NCBI GenBank assembly: GCA_964291285.2
Contig: OZ219786.1
Location: 96,001 to 160,000, forward strand
Direction: 5' to 3'
Source: Alphaproteobacteria bacterium
GTDB taxonomy: Bacteria > Pseudomonadota > Alphaproteobacteria > Bin95
DNA length: 64,000 nt
A program made the translations under genes and the position numbers. How positions within the stretch are numbered: the stretch's first letter is position 1; each line of letters begins with the position of its first letter. The notes under the pieces were generated by a model that saw only the letters and a list, made by a program, of their open reading frames with translations, did not search any database and had not been told where the DNA came from. Shown piece by piece: positions 60,070-64,000 of the stretch.

Positions 60070-61765
60070 CCTAAATCCGGCATTTGAGGATGGCGTGGCC
60101 TTGCCGAATCCCTTGTAGTCTGCGGATATGAGCGGCTTTTCAGGGGCCGAAGAGGCTCACCCTGTGGGTGATTATCCTGGCGCTGTGCGGGATGTCGCCC
60201 GAGCGTCGGTGAAGGTGGACACCTTCGGCGGCGCGGTTCATGTGGAATGGGACCCTGATGCGGCGGTAACGCCGCTGGGCCATCTGGCGTTTTTCGCGGA
60301 ATAGCTGAAGGTGAGCGGTCGCTTTGACGCTTTGGTTGCGGACTGCCCGCTGCGGTACACGAGCCCGAACGCGCCGTCGAAGCGGGATGTCCTGGGGACG
60401 GTTCTTCTGTCGGTTCTGGCGGGGCAATCGCGGTATGCGCACATCACGTCGCTGCGCGGCGACGGGGTGAACCCTGCGCTGCTGGGTATGGACAAGGTTG
60501 CGAGCGAGGATTCGGTGCGGCGCGGTCTGGAGCGGATCGGTGCGGAGGCCGGCACATCGTGGCTTCAGGGCCATCTGGACGAGGTGGTCCGTCCGCTGCT
60601 GAGGGAGCCGTGGGTTCTGGACTGCGACACGACGATCAAGGCGCTTTACGGTCGTCAGGAGGGAGCGGTTGTGAGCTACAACCCGAAGAAGCCGGGCCGC
60701 CCCTCGCATGCCTGCCATGCGTTCCTGATGGCGGGCACGCGGCTTGTTCTTGATGTCGAGGTGGCGCCGGGCAACCATCACCATTCGAGGCGCGCGGCGC
60801 CGTCCTTGTGGGCGTTGCTCGACCGTCTTGGGCGGGATCGCTGGCCGCGTCTGGTGCGGGGCGACAAGGACTGGGGCAGCGAGGCCAACATGGCGTCGTG
60901 CGAGGCTGCGGGTCCGGACTATCTGTTCAAGCTGCGCCTGACGAAGGGGGCGCGCCGGCTTGCCGGGCGGCTGATGGCGCGGGACGGCTGGGAGGATGCG
61001 GGCCAGGGCTGGTCGGGGATCGGGGCCGATCTGCGTCTGCAGGGCTGGAGCCGGACGCGCCGGGTTGTGGTGCTGCGCCGGCGGCTTCCTGCGACGCTGG
61101 CGCTGACGCGTGGCGACAAGGCCCGGGGCGAGCTGTTCCGGACCGGGGCGCAGCCCGGCACCGGGGTGTGGGAGTTCGCGGTGCTGGCGACCTCGCTGGA
61201 CCTGGAGATACGCTCGCTGGCCCGGCTCTACCGCGACCGGGCGGACGCGGAGAACGGCTTCGACGAGTTGAAGAACCAGTGGGGCTGGGGCGGCTTCACC
61301 ACGCGCGACCTGACGCGCTGCCGGCACATGGCCCGGCTGGTCGCGCTCATCTGCAACTGGTGGAGCCTGTTCGTGCGCCTCGCCGACCCCGACCATCACC
61401 GCGAGGCGATCACCAGCCGGCCGCTGCTCCTGCACGGGGTTGCCCGCCAGACCCACCACGCCGGCCAGACCCGGCTGACGGTGACCTCCCATCACGGGCG
61501 TCGCAAGACGGTGATGGCGGCGCTGCGCCGGATCGCCGGCTTCTTCCGGTCGCTGACGCAAACTGCGGAGCAGTTGAGCGCCGGGGATCGCTGGCGCCGC
61601 ATCCTCGCCGAGGCGCTCAGGAAATACCTCCATGGCCGCGAACCGGGGCGTCAACCCTGGCTGCCGCCACCCAGGGCCGCGACCGCGTGCTGAAATCCAC
61701 GCCCAAATCCGGCCGTTCACACTACCCCGAGACAGCGATCAAGCCCGTCAAATGCCGGATTTAGG
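60070..61765 (+). mobile_element. IS1380-family-like insertion sequence
   Basis: Perfect 18-bp IRs CCTAAATCCGGCATTTGA (60070-60087) / TCAAATGCCGGATTTAGG (61748-61765); 5-bp target duplication ATGAC (60065-60069, 61766-61770). Confidence 0.9.
60128..61693 (+). pseudogene. DDE transposase (IS1380-like) with in-frame TAG at 60302-60304
   Basis: ATG 60128 ...DTFGGAVHVEWDPDAAVTPLGHLAFFAE*LKVSGRFD...; LDCDTTIK, YNPKKPGRPSH, RGD, YRDRADAENGFDELK motifs. Confidence 0.8.
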
Positions 61766-62143
61766 ATGACGACATCCTGCGGCTATACCGGGAGCTCCAC
61801 CGGAAAGGCGCGGCGCACAGCGTGGAATGCCGGCTGGAAGGGCGGCTGGCGGGCGGCCTTTACGGCGTGGCCATCGACGGCGCCTTCTTCGGGGAGAGCA
61901 TGTTCTCGCGGGCCAGGGATGCGAGCAAGGTAGCGCTGGTCCACCTCGCGGCCCGCCTCCGGATCGGCGGCTACCGCCTTCTGGACACGCAATTCTTCAC
62001 CGAACACCTGGCGACCTTCGGCGCGGTGGAAGTCAGCCGCACGGACTATCGCCTCCGCCTCAAGGCCGCACTGGAGGTGGAGGCCGAGCTGCCGCGCGAC
62101 CTGCCGGAAGGACAGCTGGAGCGGTTCCTTGCTTCGGCGCGGG

Positions 62144-63187
62144 TCAGGCCGCTTCCAGAGGCACAACAGGCACCGCGTCCTTGACCACGATGCCGCCCCG
62201 GTCGCCCGGCCGGACGCTGCCGTAGCGGGCGGCAAAGGCCTCCGGAAGCCTGCGTCCCTCGGGCGGGCACAACCAGAGCCGCAACAGGTGGCGGCGGCGC
62301 TCCGGCTCCGGCCAGTCCTCGAAGGCGGTCCGGTCGTGCAGGATAACGTGGTTGCAGAGGAACTGCATGTCGCCGGCCTCGAACGCCATGTCGAGCCGGA
62401 ATTCACCGCTGTTACAGAGCGAGTCGAACAGGTCGAGGGCTTCTACCTGTTTCGGCGTCAGCGCCGGAACCTCCGGGAAGCGGCGCGCGGACTCGATGTA
62501 GCGCCGCGTGTAGATCGTGGTCAGCTCGTCGCCGATCCGGTTGAAGACGGGCAGCGCGAACCAGGGCTTCATGCCCTCCGGCACCTCGCCGCGCCGGTCG
62601 ACAATGAACGGCTCGTAGAGCTCGGCCGCAAGGTCCGGGCGCCGCCGCGCCATCTCGTTGTGGACGGCAACCGAACTCACGATGGAGCTCAGGCCGCCGG
62701 AGCGCGCCGGGTGCAGGCACATCAGCGCAACGATGTCCACTGAATCGGTGTGGAAAAGCTGGCGTTCGCGGGTCTGGTACACGCGGACATTGGGATCGCT
62801 GCTGTGCAGGCCCACATCCTTCACATGGCCCATCAGGTGGCCCCTGGCGTTCTGCGAGCGGGCGCTGCCGAAATGCGCGCCGATGCCCCAGAAGGCGGCC
62901 ACGGCCTCTTCCCGGCTCATTCGCCCGACCGGCAGGCCGCGCAGCAGGAAGAACCCCCTGCCCTCCAGCAGTTCGCGCCTGAGCCCGGCGAGCTTCGGAC
63001 CCAGCACCGGCAGCGGGAATGCCGCCTTGTCCACCTCGATCAGGGGCCGGTCGATGGCCGCGACCGCGCGGTCGATTTCCCCGATCTCGGCATCGGAGAG
63101 GCGAAGCTCCCATCCGCTCCCGGCGCACATCTCCGGGCCGCGCCAGGCTGCCGGGCTGTCGAGGACTTCTGGAGAAACTGTCGTCAT
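62144..63187 (-). CDS. TauD/TfdA-family Fe(II)/2OG dioxygenase
   Basis: FHTDSVD Hx[16 protein letters not shown]. Confidence 0.88.
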   Translation of the reverse strand: MTTVSPEVLDSPAAWRGPEMCAGSGWELRLSDAEIGEIDRAVAAIDRPLIEVDKAAFPLPVLGPKLAGLRRELLEGRGFFLLRGLPVGRMSREEAVAAFWGIGAHFGSARSQNARGHLMGHVKDVGLHSSDPNVRVYQTRERQLFHTDSVDIVALMCLHPARSGGLSSIVSSVAVHNEMARRRPDLAAELYEPFIVDRRGEVPEGMKPWFALPVFNRIGDELTTIYTRRYIESARRFPEVPALTPKQVEALDLFDSLCNSGEFRLDMAFEAGDMQFLCNHVILHDRTAFEDWPEPERRRHLLRLWLCPPEGRRLPEAFAARYGSVRPGDRGGIVVKDAVPVVPLEAA

Positions 63188-63273
63188 GCCATGCTCGTCC
63201 GGTCGATTTCACTGCCGGAGACTATAACCCCGATGCTGCCCCCGGAATCAATGGCGCCGGAGCGCCCGGCCCC

Positions 63274-64000
63274 GTGACGCCCGAGGAATTCAGGGCCCAC
63301 GCCCACCGCCTCGTGGACTGGATGGCCGACTACATGGCGGAGGTGGAGCGCCTGCCCGTCCGCGCGCAGACCCGCCCGGGCGAGATCGCGTCCGCCCTGC
63401 CTCCGTCGCCGCCCGAGGCCGGCGAAGGCATGGAAACCGTGTTCGCTGATTTCGAGCGCATCGTCATGCCCGGCATGACCCATTGGCAGCATCCGCGCTT
63501 CTTCGCCTATTTCCCGGCCAACTCCAGCCCGCCCTCGGTGCTGGCGGAGATGCTGACGGCCGCGCTCGGCGCGCAATGCATGCTGTGGCAGACCTCGCCC
63601 GCCGCCACCGAGATGGAAACCCGCATGCTGGACTGGCTGCGTCAGGCCATCGGCCTCCCGGAAGGCTTCTCGGGCGTCATACAGGATTCGGCATCGTCGG
63701 CCATATTGTGCGCCCTGCTGACGGCGCGCGAACGGGCGACCGGAGGCGCTGCGAACGAGCAGGGCCTCGCCGGAGCCGGGGCAGCGCCCGTCGTTTACAC
63801 CTCGGACCAGGCCCATTCGGCTACCGAGAAGGGAGCGAAGATCGCCGGCTACGGACGCCGCCATGTCCGGCTGGTCGAAACCGGCAGCGACTTCGCCATG
63901 AGGGCGGATGCGCTGGATGCGGCGATTTGCGCGGACAGGGCGGCCGGCCTCAGGCCCGCCTGCATCGTCGCGAGCCTCGGCACGACCGGCGTCGGCGCCA
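63274..64000 (+). CDS. PLP-dependent aromatic L-amino acid decarboxylase-like protein (partial, runs off right edge)
   Basis: Not in ORF track. From GTG 63274: TPEEFRAHAHRLVDWMADY...PGMTHWQHPRFFAYFP...SPAATEME. Confidence 0.88.
   Translation, partial: MTPEEFRAHAHRLVDWMADYMAEVERLPVRAQTRPGEIASALPPSPPEAGEGMETVFADFERIVMPGMTHWQHPRFFAYFPANSSPPSVLAEMLTAALGAQCMLWQTSPAATEMETRMLDWLRQAIGLPEGFSGVIQDSASSAILCALLTARERATGGAANEQGLAGAGAAPVVYTSDQAHSATEKGAKIAGYGRRHVRLVETGSDFAMRADALDAAICADRAAGLRPACIVASLGTTGVGA

Larger units (their letters stand above)
59803..62184 (+). pseudogene. aat: Leucyl/phenylalanyl-tRNA-protein transferase interrupted by an IS
   Basis: 5' part (59803-60069) AYRLGLFPMA..WLDPRRRG..TWIND; 3' part (61766-62184) [25 protein letters not shown]; frame restored by removing IS and one ATGAC copy. 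Confidence 0.92.

Noticed and set aside
60140-61720. 526-aa minus-strand ORF inside the IS
   Set aside because: Antisense to the transposase with no motifs; not supportable as a gene.

Overview
GC-rich alphaproteobacterial chromosome segment (dacA-tmk-holB-metG-tatD, polA, ispH-thrB-rnhA and aroQ-accB-accC-aat gene orders). It appears to span the replication terminus: a 28-bp dif-like XerC/D site sits at 26984-27011 and the GGGNAGGG (KOPS) motifs I spotted mostly switch strand across it. The left edge is the boundary of an island integrated at tRNA-Ser, with a P4-type integrase running off the window. The most unusual locus is 6963-16508. Four membrane proteins there share a related extracytoplasmic sensor-like module: two have no output domain, one ends in a PP2C/SpoIIE phosphatase and one in an MFS transporter. 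They surround a solute-binding protein and two paralogous Ddl-like ATP-grasp ligases, suggesting a make/export/sense system for a small amide or peptide. Other oddities: an MBL-hydrolase-MazG ORF whose linker is the dif site, an MntR-oligopeptidase B fusion, an orphan terminase-small-subunit-like gene flanked by repeats and palindromes, and an IS1380-like element (18-bp IRs, 5-bp duplication, internal amber codon) disrupting aat. All calls come from reading motifs by eye; no searches were run.
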